A stretch of 64,000 nt of DNA from Haplodiscus bocki (Eukaryota): assembly GCA_965655095.1 (NCBI GenBank), contig OZ296648.1, positions 27,404,001 through 27,468,000 of the forward strand, written 5' to 3'. The notes under the pieces were generated by a model that was not told the DNA's origin, searched no databases, and worked only from the letters and a program-made list of their open reading frames with translations. Shown here one piece after another: positions 25,401 through 37,800 of the stretch (positions are counted from its first letter, which is position 1; every line of letters starts with the position of its first letter). The position numbers were made by a program, and so were the translations under genes.

Positions 25401-28400
25401 AAATGAATTGTCCAGATCTGCTCCTGTGGAAACTTTGGAGTACCTGTGGTGAAAAATTTTCAAGTTTCAGAAACATTCAACGTTCGTTAGAGATGAGGTT
25501 TTCGTTTCGTCTGTGCTAACTGTACCAGTTACGAGCGCTTTAGCTTGAGTTTGAGGATGGCTTTGGCTGAAATTCAAACTTGAACAAAAATTTCGAACTT
25601 GTTCAGTGCAGTGCTTCATGAGTTTTTATCCCATCTGATGCAACTGAAGTCAAAATGCTTGTTTGGAGAGCAATCGAACGGAATATCTGTGGAAGATCTG
25701 TACGATCACTAACTTTAGCAGCATTGGGCTGACTCTTGATTACTAAGCGATCTACTGAGTGAGAAAGTTTCGAAAGTAAGAAAATCAACATCTTGTGACC
25801 AATTTAACTGATTACGTAGTCAAAAAAGTGTTTTGGAAGGCCACATGGCAAAAAGATCAAAAATAGCTCTTCAGTGTGCCTTGAAACTCCACACAACGAC
25901 CAATTTCTTTCAAATACCTTTCAGGGTCAGTGAATTATAAGTTTTTCCCCTTGTTTTTGGTTCAAAAATCATCTGTAGGGAAAAAAACCCAATATGATCC
26001 CTCATGGAGATTTTTGATTTTCTTTGTCATAATAGCAAAGCAAAGGCCTCTATAATTAACATTTTTGGAGTTCCTTCGTGTATGCCTACCCTTCTAGTTT
26101 TTCTCAAGATCTCTCTGTGCTTAGAAATAGCCAGCTAGTTGGAAACTTGTTAAGGAAAACGAAAGTGGAAAATTTCGAAACTAGTTTGTCCTAGCCTACA
26201 ATAAAACCTTTATAACTATCTGAGTTATACCATCAAAGAGTGGAAAAGTTCTCCGAGACTGCATGTTGGGTACAATTTTTTGCTATGTATGTAATTGAAA
26301 AAAAAACATTCGTAAAGCAAAAAGACAAAAGTTGCGAAAAAAATGCCGTTTTCAGCAAAAGATTTTCTTCTCACAACCCAAAATCTTCAATTTTTTCAAA
26401 AAAATAGCATCGATTTGCCAATTCACTTGCTGGTAAAATCTTTGTCAAATCGAGGGTGAAAAGGTGATTTGAGGTGAAACGGGAGGGAAAAATCGGCGAA
26501 TTTTGAAAAAAAAGTTCTCACAATTCGGTAACTGATAGAGCAGTTTCGATAATAGCATAAAAGTTTTTTGGTCCCCTGATAAAATCTTCGCAAGAATGTT
26601 TAGAGAATAACAGAAGTTTTTGGTTCAAAGTTATTTTGAACAATCCGCAAAGCAAAAAAGTGATTTTTGTTTCCAGGAGAAAACGGTCAGTGAGAGGAAT
26701 AGCAATATTGAAGCACTTTTTGCAGCGCTGAGTTTCGAAAACGTATGGTCAGAGTAGGATAGCATATATTCTCATTGTCGATACCTGCTAACTGAGTTTT
26801 TTCCTGGCTTTGGCTAGAGTCTTCCTACTATCATTGATTGCTCATTGTGAAAAAAAGGGGTCATTCTCAACAAGCTGGTGATTTGCCAGGTCAAAAAGAA
26901 GCGGTCAAGTGACGTTCGATTTTAAATTCCATCAACTGCTTCAATCAACGAGCTTGGCGTCACTGGAAGTGGGATGGAGGAGCGAATGGACCAAAATCCT
27001 GCATCTTAACGGAAAAATTTCAACTACTGAAACTTATTGAAGATTTTATTGCTGGCGGCAGTAGCAGTGCGAAATCTTAGTTACTGCATCTGGTAATATA
27101 GGCACCAAACGTAATTTGAGCCGCTTCGGTTACACCGCTGTGTGCAGCAACCTAAAGCTTTCTGAGCGTTATTACACAGTGGTTGCAACAACTGCGACTG
27201 TTTATCGGGTCACTGCCACCGTCTCTGCGATACTGCAAGTGAAAAGGTAAATGGTGATAATAGTACTAGTAGTGGTAGTAATAGTAGTAGTAATAGCAGC
27301 AGCGGAAGGTCTTCTGGGCTAGCCCAAGTGATTTCACCCCGGAAGAGTGTCGTATTTTTCTTTGTCAAAATGAATTGTCCAGATCTGCTCCTGTGGAAAC
27401 TTTGGAGTACCTGTGGTGAAAAATTTTCAAGTTTCAGAAACATTCAACGTTCGTTAGAGATGAGGTTTTCGTTTCGTCTGTGCTAACTGTACCAGTTACG
27501 AGCGCTTTAGCTTGAGTTTGAGGATGGCTTTGGCTGAAATTCAAACTTGAACAAAAATTTCGAACTTGTTCAGTGCAGTGCTTCATGAGTTTTTATCCCA
27601 TCTGATGCAACTGAAGTCAAAATGCTTGTTTGGAGAGCAATCGAACGGAATATCTGTGGAAGATCTGTACGATCACTAACTTTAGCAGCATTGGGCTGAC
27701 TCTTGATTACTAAGCGATCTACTGAGTGAGAAAGTTTCGAAAGTAAGAAAATCAACATCTTGTGACCAATTTAACTGATTACGTAGTCAAAAAAGTGTTT
27801 TGGAAGGCCACATGGCAAAAAGATCAAAAATAGCTCTTCAGTGTGCCTTGAAACTCCACACAACGACCAATTTCTTTCAAATACCTTTCAGGGTCAGTGA
27901 ATTATAAGTTTTTCCCCTTGTTTTTGGTTCAAAAATCATCTGTAGGGAAAAAAACCCAATATGATCCCTCATGGAGATTTTTGATTTTCTTTGTCATAAT
28001 AGCAAAGCAAAGGCCTCTATAATTAACATTTTTGGAGTTCCTTCGTGTATGCCTACCCTTCTAGTTTTTCTCAAGATCTCTCTGTGCTTAGAAATAGCCA
28101 GCTAGTTGGAAACTTGTTAAGGAAAACGAAAGTGGAAAATTTCGAAACTAGTTTGTCCTAGCCTACAATAAAACCTTTATAACTATCTGAGTTATACCAT
28201 CAAAGAGTGGAAAAGTTCTCCGAGACTGCATGTTGGGTACAATTTTTTGCTATGTATGTAATTGAAAAAAAAACATTCGTAAAGCAAAAAGACAAAAGTT
28301 GCGAAAAAAATGCCGTTTTCAGCAAAAGATTTTCTTCTCACAACCCAAAATCTTCAATTTTTTCAAAAAAATAGCATCGATTTGCCAATTCACTTGCTGG

Positions 28401-29399
28401 TAAAATCTTTGTCAAATCGAGGGTGAAAAGGTGATTTGAGGTGAAACGGGAGGGAAAAATCGGCGAATTTTGAAAAAAAAGTTCTCACAATTCGGTAACT
28501 GATAGAGCAGTTTCGATAATAGCATAAAAGTTTTTTGGTCCCCTGATAAAATCTTCGCAAGAATGTTTAGAGAATAACAGAAGTTTTTGGTTCAAAGTTA
28601 TTTTGAACAATCCGCAAAGCAAAAAAGTGATTTTTGTTTCCAGGAGAAAACGGTCAGTGAGAGGAATAGCAATATTGAAGCACTTTTTGCAGCGCTGAGT
28701 TTCGAAAACGTATGGTCAGAGTAGGATAGCATATATTCTCATTGTCGATACCTGCTAACTGAGTTTTTTCCTGGCTTTGGCTAGAGTCTTCCTACTATCA
28801 TTGATTGCTCATTGTGAAAAAAAGGGGTCATTCTCAACAAGCTGGTGATTTGCCAGGTCAAAAAGAAGCGGTCAAGTGACGTTCGATTTTAAATTCCATC
28901 AACTGCTTCAATCAACGAGCTTGGCGTCACTGGAAGTGGGATGGAGGAGCGAATGGACCAAAATCCTGCATCTTAACGGAAAAATTTCAACTACTGAAAC
29001 TTATTGAAGATTTTATTGCTGGCGGCAGTAGCAGTGCGAAATCTTAGTTACTGCATCTGGTAATATAGGCACCAAACGTAATTTGAGCCGCTTCGGTTAC
29101 ACCGCTGTGTGCAGCAACTTAAAGCTTTCTGAGCGTTATTACACAGTGGTTGCAACAACTGCGACTGTTTATCGGGTCACTGCCACCGTCTCTGCGATAC
29201 TGCAAGTGAAAAGGTAAATGGTGATAATAGTACTAGTAGTGGTAGTAATAGTAGTAGTAATAGCAGCAGCGGAAGGTCTTCTGGGCTACCCCAAGTGATT
29301 TCACCCCGGAAGAGTGTCGTATTTTTCTTTGTCAAAATGAATTGTCCAGATCTGCTCCTGTGGAAACTTTGGAGTACCTGTGCTGAAACTGCCTGTAGT

Positions 29400-31550
29400 T
29401 TTTTGTAGGAGTTGCAGTTCTGCTGCATAGACTTGATATTCGCCAAGTGTATGGAAGTTTCCATTTGTGTTTTCCCACGAAGTACTCGCATTTGACATAT
29501 GTTTGGGAAATTTTGCCACTCTCTGTCTCCATTCTTTCCATGCGACGTTAAAACACGTTGAAGACTCTCGCGGTTCGGGTAGTTTTCGTTACAAGTTCCT
29601 GGTGTTGCCAGAGGTATGATCGATCAGTTGTTTTCTCTTGCTTTGTATAATGTTCCGAATAGTGCTCAACTGGAAAAGTGTGCTGAGCTCAATGTCGTAT
29701 TGTCCACTTTGCCTTTCCACTAGGTATGGTAAGTCGTGCAGCTCCATGTAGAGTGGAACCGAAAGAATTTTACACTCGATGAGTTTGTTCCTACGGTGTA
29801 GTGCTTGTCAGTACAACCATGCAGTAGCTATCTTTTGAACTCTCTAACTTCTGCTAGGCATCAATATTCGGGAATTATGGTTGCTAGCTGTGAGTGAGGA
29901 TTGGCATTACGTATCCTGTGTAGCAGCGAAATATTCTCACGGCTGAGTAGTCGCTTTTGATTATTCTCATCATCTTTTGGAGAAGTCTGGGGGCTTTTCT
30001 CCATTTTGTTTTGCAGATTTCGTTCCTGTTGAGTTGTTTATTCGTCACGAGACCCAGAACTTTCTGTGTGTTCGGTGTTGTGGAACAATGCGACCGTAGA
30101 GTCACAATTAAGCTGCAATTGTGATTAAGCTGCACGGCGCCACGTTTATATATGCTGAGTTTCATTGAGTCATGATAGCAGCACTTTGTTTGGTGCTCGG
30201 CTGAACTGATCAGTTCAGTTTGGTTTCGACCGAAAATATTATAATCGGTCTCGTCACTGAAGCTTTCGATAAAGTTTATCGATAAGGCTAAATGTTTATC
30301 AGGAAGAGGAGAGGGACGAGAATGGATCCTTGTGGTCCTCCACTTGTAACGATCGGGGCCTGGGAAGCTGTTTCCTTCTATTACAATTTGATATCGCTCT
30401 GACAGAAAGCTATTGAGTAATTGAATTTTCTGCCTCCAATTTGAAGAGCTTTTTTCTTCAAGAGTGGAAAGTTTGGTGCAGTGTCAACAATAGAGAAGGC
30501 AGGTAAAGCACACCAAATTTGTGAATCATGCTGTCACCGTACGAGCGGTACAGGTTGGCGAAAACATAAGTAATTGGAGAACTGTTGATCTCGTTTTCCA
30601 GAACCCGTGCTGACGCTCGTGAAGGGCAGTCTGTACATGTGAGTAAACCTTAAAAGTTTTCGCTAACGAAAACTTATGAGATGTAGGTGATAGAATTGAT
30701 TGGTCTGAGAAATGTCACATCCCTCTAGTAGCCGCTTTCGAAATTATGGTATCTTTGACTTGTTTCCTACTGTTGTGGAAAGGAGCCTTTGTTGACGAAT
30801 GTTCGGAATATGAGATTTAGAGGTTCCCAAAGACAGCTTGAAGACTTTTGTAAGAAAATTTTTACAATGCGATCTGAGCCATGGGATTTATCTGTGCTGA
30901 CTGTCAATATTGTCTCTGCTTTTTGTTCCCTATTTGTGTTCCAGTTCAGGGAATGGTTTCCAAAGATAATGATTTTCTCGCATTGATCGGAGTTGAAGAC
31001 ACTAGTGAGAATGGTTTCCAAAGATGATGATTTTCTCGCATTGATCGGAGTTGAAGACACTAGTGAAGAACTCGTTGACAATCAGGAAAACTACTGTGTT
31101 CTTTACCGGAAAGACTGTTGGACCTGGTGGAACCTGTCCAAATATGTCGAGCCAAACAACGAACCGTAAAACCAAACAAAAATGTTCGCTTTTGGCTTAT
31201 TCCAGGGATACCAAATTTGAGCGTAGAAGCCATTTTTTTTGCAATTTTTAGCTGAATCGGTTATTTGTTGTGAAAATGCCTCAACATTCACTGAGTTATT
31301 AAGTCAGGACAGATTGCGCGACAATTGGACCTGTAATGTTATGGTCAGTGTGCGGTAGGTCGCGACATGGTAGAATAGGCTGGATTCCAGTTCTCTGCTT
31401 TCGTGTTTAGATAGTGTTGTGGGTTGCTAAAACGCCATGATCAATTTTTTGTATTGGTAGACTGAATCATCGATGCTGGTACGAATTTTCTTAGTAAATC
31501 CGCCACAAATTACCAACTTCTTCAGGATGTCTGAATCGAGTAGTTTTTCT
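29400..31550 (-). mobile_element. Decayed non-LTR retrotransposon (CR1/L2/Jockey-group LINE ORF2 remnant); boundaries approximate
   Basis: Minus-strand remnants in the expected order: APE-like KLVICGGF (~31495-31520); KSHGSDRI...PLNLIFRTFVNKGSFP (30767-30900); RT motif VTSGGPQGSILVPLLFLINI (30291-30350); C-terminal CYTGYVMPILTHS (~29890-29930). Many stops and frameshifts. Confidence 0.85.
30951..31066. repeat. 58-bp direct tandem duplication inside the LINE remnant
   Basis: GAATGGTTTCCAAAGATRATGATTTTCTCGCATTGATCGGAGTTGAAGACACTAGTGA occurs at 30951-31008 and 31009-31066 with one mismatch. Confidence 0.9.
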
Positions 31551-31783
31551 TTGTTCGCCACTATGGACTGAGTAAAACAAACTTTTGTATAAACAGGTAA
31601 AAGACGTCAGAATTTATGTCGAGCAAACTTTTTAGCGTACAAAATCAGTTTGTAACAGTTATTGAAACAATTAGTTGCTAATCCCTGACAACCTTTTTCT
31701 TGTTGAAGGGAATGTTCTGTTTTCATTATGTTTTCCACATTTATACCTCAATTTTTACTGTCTATCGGTAATTTTCAGAAGCA

Positions 31784-31860
31784 ATGGTCAATTCAGTTGA
31801 AATGGATCATGCTGATAGCAAGCAGCATCATCGTTGGAGCCCCTATGACATGAATGGAGG
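31784..31860 (+). CDS. PSMB1: PSMB1 coding exon 1
   Basis: MVNSVEMDHADSKQHHRWSPYDMNG(G), then donor GTTCGT at 31861 (phase 2). Confidence 0.9.
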
Positions 31861-34800
31861 GTTCGTTTTTTTCGGCTTTGAACTTTCGTCCGTGAAAGAT
31901 GAAGATTTGCTCAAGGACGGCCCTAAAGACCGTTATTCTCACTGGCTCTGCATAATTAATTGCTATATTATGGTTGCTCGCAAAAAAATTATTTCCCTAA
32001 CTAAGCAAAGAAATATATTATTGAACTTATTACTTCAATTGGCTTGGAAAATAAGTTGTTGCAATCATTTCATGTTTGAGAATGATGATTCCAAAAAACA
32101 AGTATGCATCAATTATGGGAGAACTAACCGTCGAAACAAGATCTGCAGCCCAAGATTCCCAGTTGAAACGAAGAAAAAGGGAGTCTAGGTGTTCATGGGA
32201 TTAAGATTGTGGCTCCGCTTTGCTGAGCTTTCACAGACATTTGAAGTTCCGAGTATAATCTGCGTGTAATTTGCATTTTTTTGGCCATCAATAAATCATC
32301 AGCGTGTCAGCGAATTATCGTACAATTATTGCTCACAAAAATAAATAATTGCTATAAAATGTTTTCAGGAAGTAAATGCCATGAAATGTTTTAGGCAATA
32401 AATAATTTCCATAAAAAACTACAAAATAAATTTTCAGGGCAATTTATGAACGGAATTAATTTTGCGGAGTCCTTGGTTATACTACTATATAGGGTTTTGT
32501 CGGGTCTACTATCCTTCCATAACACTTTTTTCGCGTTTTTCTTAGTTTGCTGAAGTTCAGACTATTGTTGGCAAGATATTTGCGACCAAGGATGTTCAAA
32601 ACTAGAATTTATTCAAAATATAATGCAATAAATATATTAAATATATTTATTTTCAATCTGGGAATTTAAAATGTATTTATTTATCAAAGAAATATATTTT
32701 CAGGCCATCGATCTGAGATGAATTTCCTCACGTCGACCGTCTATTGAGTCGCGCCAAGAATATTTTCCCTGATTGTGGGAAAAATTTCGACCAATGCTAC
32801 TCGAATCACCTTTGTTATTGTTTAATACCAATAACATGGGGAATCTGAATCGAAATAACGAAGTGTTCGATTGTGAAATAATTTTTTTCGGAGGGAATGT
32901 ATTAAATAAATTTATTTTTGTTTACTGAAAATTAACTATATTTATTTTCCGAGAAAATTGTAGCAAGTATTATTTTTTTGAACATCCCTGTTTGCAGCTA
33001 TATTTATTTTCCACCGATATTTCATAGATAGAAGGAAAATCGTTCTTTTCAACAATCAAGTTTTTGCAGGAAATCTGCCAATGCATGACAATCAAATTTG
33101 CTGTAAAATGCGCCTAGTTTAGTTCTTTTCTCGAAAAAAAATTTTTTTTCTTGTCAAGGTTTAGGTTTCTTCGAAAAATCGAGAAGTTTCTAGTTTCAAT
33201 GCGATTTTGCATCTTTTTCGTACATTGTTTCATTCCAATTACGGCTTTCGAATGCTTCTTCCCTAATTTGCGAAAACGAATTCCCAGCGCTTGAAGACCG
33301 CCCATACTTCTGAGCTTCAAGGCCTGTTGCTTGATCCCATGCATATGCCTTTAACTCGGGGCTGGTTCAAATTTGTTTTCGAAGTTGTTTTTCGATTTTT
33401 AGGAGCATAGTCGCAATAGCTGGGGAAGATTTTGCTGTTATTGGAAGTGATACTAGACTTTCGACTGGATATACCATCTGGACTAGAGATCAACAGAGAA
33501 TTCATCAAGTCGGAAGCAACACAGTTATTGGTCAAGTTGGCTTTCATGGTGATTGCCAATTTCTAATGAAAATTCTGAGCACTCGCAGCCGAGTTAGTGA
33601 TATTTTTTACTTTTTGCAGCATATGTAATATGCAAGAAAAATTATTCATTCAGAAGCGTCGTTCTTCTTTTATTTTTTTCAGTCCAAAATTTCCAACTCT
33701 TTTTATTCCAAAATAAATGACAGCAGTGGGGTTAGGACAACGGGGTTCTAAAGCGACAGGTCCGGGTTCGAGTCTCTGTCGTGTCAAATATCTTTATGAT
33801 TTCACAACATTTGTCAGTATTTCCATTCCAATGGTTCCCATGGCACAGCGGGTAGGACAACAGGGTTGTGAAGCGTTAGCTATGGGTTCGAATCCAAGTC
33901 TTTACTTACTTTTTTAACTTTATTAATACGACTGAAAATCGTGTTACCCCCCCCCCCCTCTTATGCCTGAAAATTTTCTATACTAGAATTTTTTTCAAAC
34001 ACAGAAGGATTACCCTACGAAGTTTTTCAGTACTGTGAGAGAAAAAGTTTCCGACAGAAAATCGTGATATCCCCCTCTTATGCATAAAACTTTTCGATAC
34101 ACGAAACTTTCTGAAACACAGAAGGGTTCCCCTACGAAGTTTTTCGGGACTGCGAGACAAAAAAATTCCGACAGAAAATCGTGATATCCCCCTCTTATGC
34201 ATAAAACTTTTCGATCCCCGAAACTTTCTGAAACACAGAAGGGTTCCTCTACGAAATGTTTCGGTGCTGTGAGACAAAAAAATTTAACGAAAAATAGTGA
34301 TACCCCCCTCTTTTGCATAAAGTTTAGAAATCAGTGGTGGAATTGATGTTTGTAAAAAATACCTCCGAAAACTAAATTCAAAACAGTAGTTTCGTTTTTA
34401 ACCGTTTGCAAAAAATGATCAAAATATTTGTTGTTGGGCGAGGCTGATCGCTAAAGTGAACCGGAATGGTCCCTGCTTAATATTTGCCTTTGTTTTGTAT
34501 TTATACGCCGCTTCCCCCAAGTTAGAGCTTGCGTCTCTGTTTACTCGTAGAATTCAAGTACTTGTTTAAATTCGAATGTTCTCTTATTTAATTCGCATCT
34601 TTTCCGCTTTTTCAAAATGGTGATCATTCGTCGCTTTTAAAATTTGTCGATTCCCAAAGCGTCGATACTGGCGAACTACTCACAGCGTCGAGATGAATAG
34701 CTAGGCCATTGTATGTTCTGGAATTTTCCACGCTTTGAATAATCTGCAGTTTTCGAGAGCCACAGTTTTTGAATATTCGAGAGCCACTTAGTTAAATATA

Positions 34801-37800
34801 TTCATCTGAGAAAAAAGCGCATGAAAGAATGCCGGAGAAGACGTATTTTGTAGACGTTGTCCGATTACCACATGTTGAAGTGCTGAAATATTCATTCAAT
34901 CATATAATCTAAGTTCGGGAAAGTTCATGCAAAGAATCAAAAGGAAAGTTCATGCGAAAAATCAAATTTGGACCCAATTGTTTTCGATATGCTGAAATTT
35001 CACCCTTTGAACTAGAATTATACCATTATTTTCGCTGATCCTTTTGAAGGCTGACTGATTTTAAGAAGTTATCCAATTTTTAGTTTGTACATGCTCCCCA
35101 CCAGTGTCAATCAAAAATAGCTAAATGCATTGGTGCAATTGCAGCTCGGGAGTGACCCGCAAACAATGTCAATATATCAAGGAAATACTATTAAAAGTTG
35201 AAACGATGCTGATCAGCAACTATTGATGTGACCACCAAATGGATTGGCCAAATCTAAGCACTACTGGACTGACCGAAAGTCACCGACGAAAGCATTGGCC
35301 AATCACGGTCTCGACAAATAACCTTTAATACCTAGCCAGATAAATCCTCATTTTGTTACAAAACATTTTCGGAGCAAACCGCATATACTGAGAAGGGGAC
35401 GGAAAATGAAATGAGGGCTACCGGGAATGTTTACTTGAAAGTTTTCATACAAATCAGTGAAGTGAAGCTTTTCTTGTCGCAATTCACCCGGCAGAAGCTG
35501 GAACAACCGATTTTACTATTTACCACATCGTAATACTTCAGGTATTTTGCAAGTGCCGAAATTCGACCCACTGAAGGTGAAAGGAAGGTTTAACAATTAT
35601 ACATCATTGCACCAGCAGTTCATGGTTTCTGTCGATGGTAACGTGAATTATTCAGACAGCCAAATTCGTTACGTGGGTCGAGGTCTCACATGGGAAGCCT
35701 TGCAGTTCTCTTTGTTCAATGCAATTCCATATTTCAAATGTCATAGCGATCGATACAATAACCGGAGATTGATTCTCAAGACTCGATTGTGTGCTGTTTT
35801 TTTGCTCACGCCCTTTCAAAAAAAGGCAGCTTCCGAGATCTGCGAATTTGTAGTCTTGACGGCGGTAGACTTTGAAGGTTGATACCGGTCCATGTGAACT
35901 TGTTCGGGTTGACTTGTTATCGCAAAAGTTAGATGCGGAATCAAGGCGACATGTTGCATTTGATTACCTTGGAAAAACACTGCGAACCTTAAAAGAACTG
36001 ACAGATATAATTAACATTACGGTTCAAGCAACGGAAGCTTCATAACCAAGCTGTTGTCGAAATGACTGCGACGAATCCAAGATCAATCATGTTCTAGAGT
36101 TTCACAGACGTTCGAATGATATCAGTCAAAAACTACAATATTTTAATGTTGCAGCAGGGAAAAGCAGCTTGCTCCGAGAACCATGATGTCCTGAGTTCCG
36201 AAAACTTTAAGGCCTCAATACCCAACGAAGAAAACTTGGTTTTTTCAGCCAAGCTGTGTTTCATTTGCTTACAGTTTGGAGACACCACCAGAGCGTGTAA
36301 ATCAGGGTCTTCTTGTTGGCTTTGCAAAGCATAGTGCAACTCCTAATCCGCATATCGACGATAAGATTAAAAAGCATTGTGACAGTATTTGGGAGACCTG
36401 TTGTTAGTAGGACTCCTTCCCACAGCGAAGGTGATCATCGCCAATTAATCCTCAAAAAGGAATCCCGAGCTCTACCCAACAGTGCTTCTCAGTTGAGTTT
36501 TATCACAGAAAACACTTCTGAAATGATTCAGCCTTTCACAATCACCCGTATCGATAATGTTATACAATATAATAACTCTAGATCACTGAAGATTCAAATA
36601 CAGATACAGAAGCACGGACTCTTAAACATTACAGCTTATTTACCACTAGCGTTCCGCAATTTTAACAGAATCCTGTATCAAAAATGCTTCCACCAGTAGT
36701 CGTAGAAGTTTGCTGATCTAAGTTTCAACGAATCCCATTGGATTGAGATGATTCTTGGTTCTGGCGTTGGAGAAGAGCTAGTCTTAGATGGCAAGTTCAT
36801 TAAACAGAATGGAGTCTTAGCTGGATAACCTCAAAAAGCATCCTGACTCCCAACACAGCAAAGCAACGATAATATTGTATCAGCAGCCCTTCTTTCCGTG
36901 GATATTTTGAGAGTGGAAGAACTCCCATCATCGAAAAGACTAAAAGCTGAGAGAGTTGCATATAAAAGACATTTCCAAGGACTGGCTGTTTTTATTTGTA
37001 CGCAGAAAGATGTTTTCTTGGAGAAACATTTGCAGTTCAACCCTTATCTCTGAAGATTATTGGAATTTTTTCATCAATTTGTAACAACTTGACCTGGTAC
37101 CTACGGATAAAATCCAGAAGCTCCACAGCTCTTAGAAAGTTGTTTTTATACCAATAAAGATGGATCCACAAAATCTGACAACAGAACATCTCCAAACCTT
37201 CATCGATGGTTGAGCTTACAATACAGTGGGATCTCTTTTGTCAGACTTCGTTTGCATCAAATAGCATGGCTTGGAGACATCTGAAAAATTGTACCTACTA
37301 TCAATTGACTCCGAGAACTTCGGCACTGGGTGCCGATATCTTTTTGTGGCGAGGTGATCCAAATCAACCCGTTACACACCATGACACTAAATTGTTGCTC
37401 CAAGAAAGATCGCCGAAATGATCAAAAACAACTTCTATTTAGTTGACTACCTCTCAGGAACAGCCTCACTTGAAGCAGCACACGACCGAATGCCACTTTG
37501 GTGTAGAGTTTCAAGCATTCGGTTTTAAACTTAGGAAATGTGATCTAGATCACAGTGATCTATTTTTGCCAATTCCACAAAAATGAAAGTGCAACAGAAA
37601 TGAAATACCTGTACCAAGACTGCATAATCTTGACTTTTGGACTGTTTTTGAAACCAAATGTAGGGTTCTTCCACTTCGGCTCAGAATTTGATCATAAAAG
37701 AATCACCACCAAAAGACTGTTGCTTTCAGATAGAGCAATGCTTTTTGATCAAGGTCATTAGCTAGGTCCAAATATATACATCACAAAACTGCTACAACAT

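Larger units (their letters stand above)
1..29382. repeat. Tandem macrosatellite, ~1,967-bp unit, ~10.8 copies in window (unit 2 interrupted by the gypsy dimer; last unit truncated at 29,382)
   Basis: The same short ORFs recur at 11836, 13800, 15768, 17735, 19702, 21669, 23636, 25603 and 27570 (spacing 1964-1968), with a more diverged copy at 1697. Sequence motifs (e.g. GAAACTAGTTTGTCCTAGCCTACAATAAAACC, an AGT/AAT-rich tract) repeat at the same period. Similarity stops abruptly after GGAGTACCTGTG at 29,382. No recognisable gene in the unit. Confidence 0.97.

Noticed and set aside
11476-29491. Recurrent 77-aa (MFLKLENF...LLLLLLLL) and 62-aa (MLIFLLSK...) minus-strand ORFs as a tandem gene family
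   Set aside because: The poly-Leu is the reverse complement of an AGT/AAT-rich microsatellite. The 77-aa ORF is absent in unit 1 and the 21.5-kb unit, conservation only reflects near-identity of the repeats, and neither resembles a known protein.
31861-32188. Remainder of the 134-aa ORF 31784-32188
   Set aside because: PSMB1 similarity ends at NGG, where a GT donor occurs; the rest is intron read-through.
33716-33900. Functional tRNA genes
   Set aside because: A/B boxes are present, but acceptor, anticodon and T stems do not pair properly; treated as tRNA-derived repeats.
33978-34318. 99-aa and 102-aa repetitive ORFs (RRGTLLCFRKF / EPFCVSESF)
   Set aside because: Translations of a 117-bp (multiple of 3) minisatellite inside an intron.
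34476-34630. Possible 5' LTR end and PBS (TTTTCA-AAA-TGGTGATC) of the BEL element
   Set aside because: No detectable similarity to the candidate 3' LTR at 39876-40220 and no TSD, so it cannot be supported by eye.
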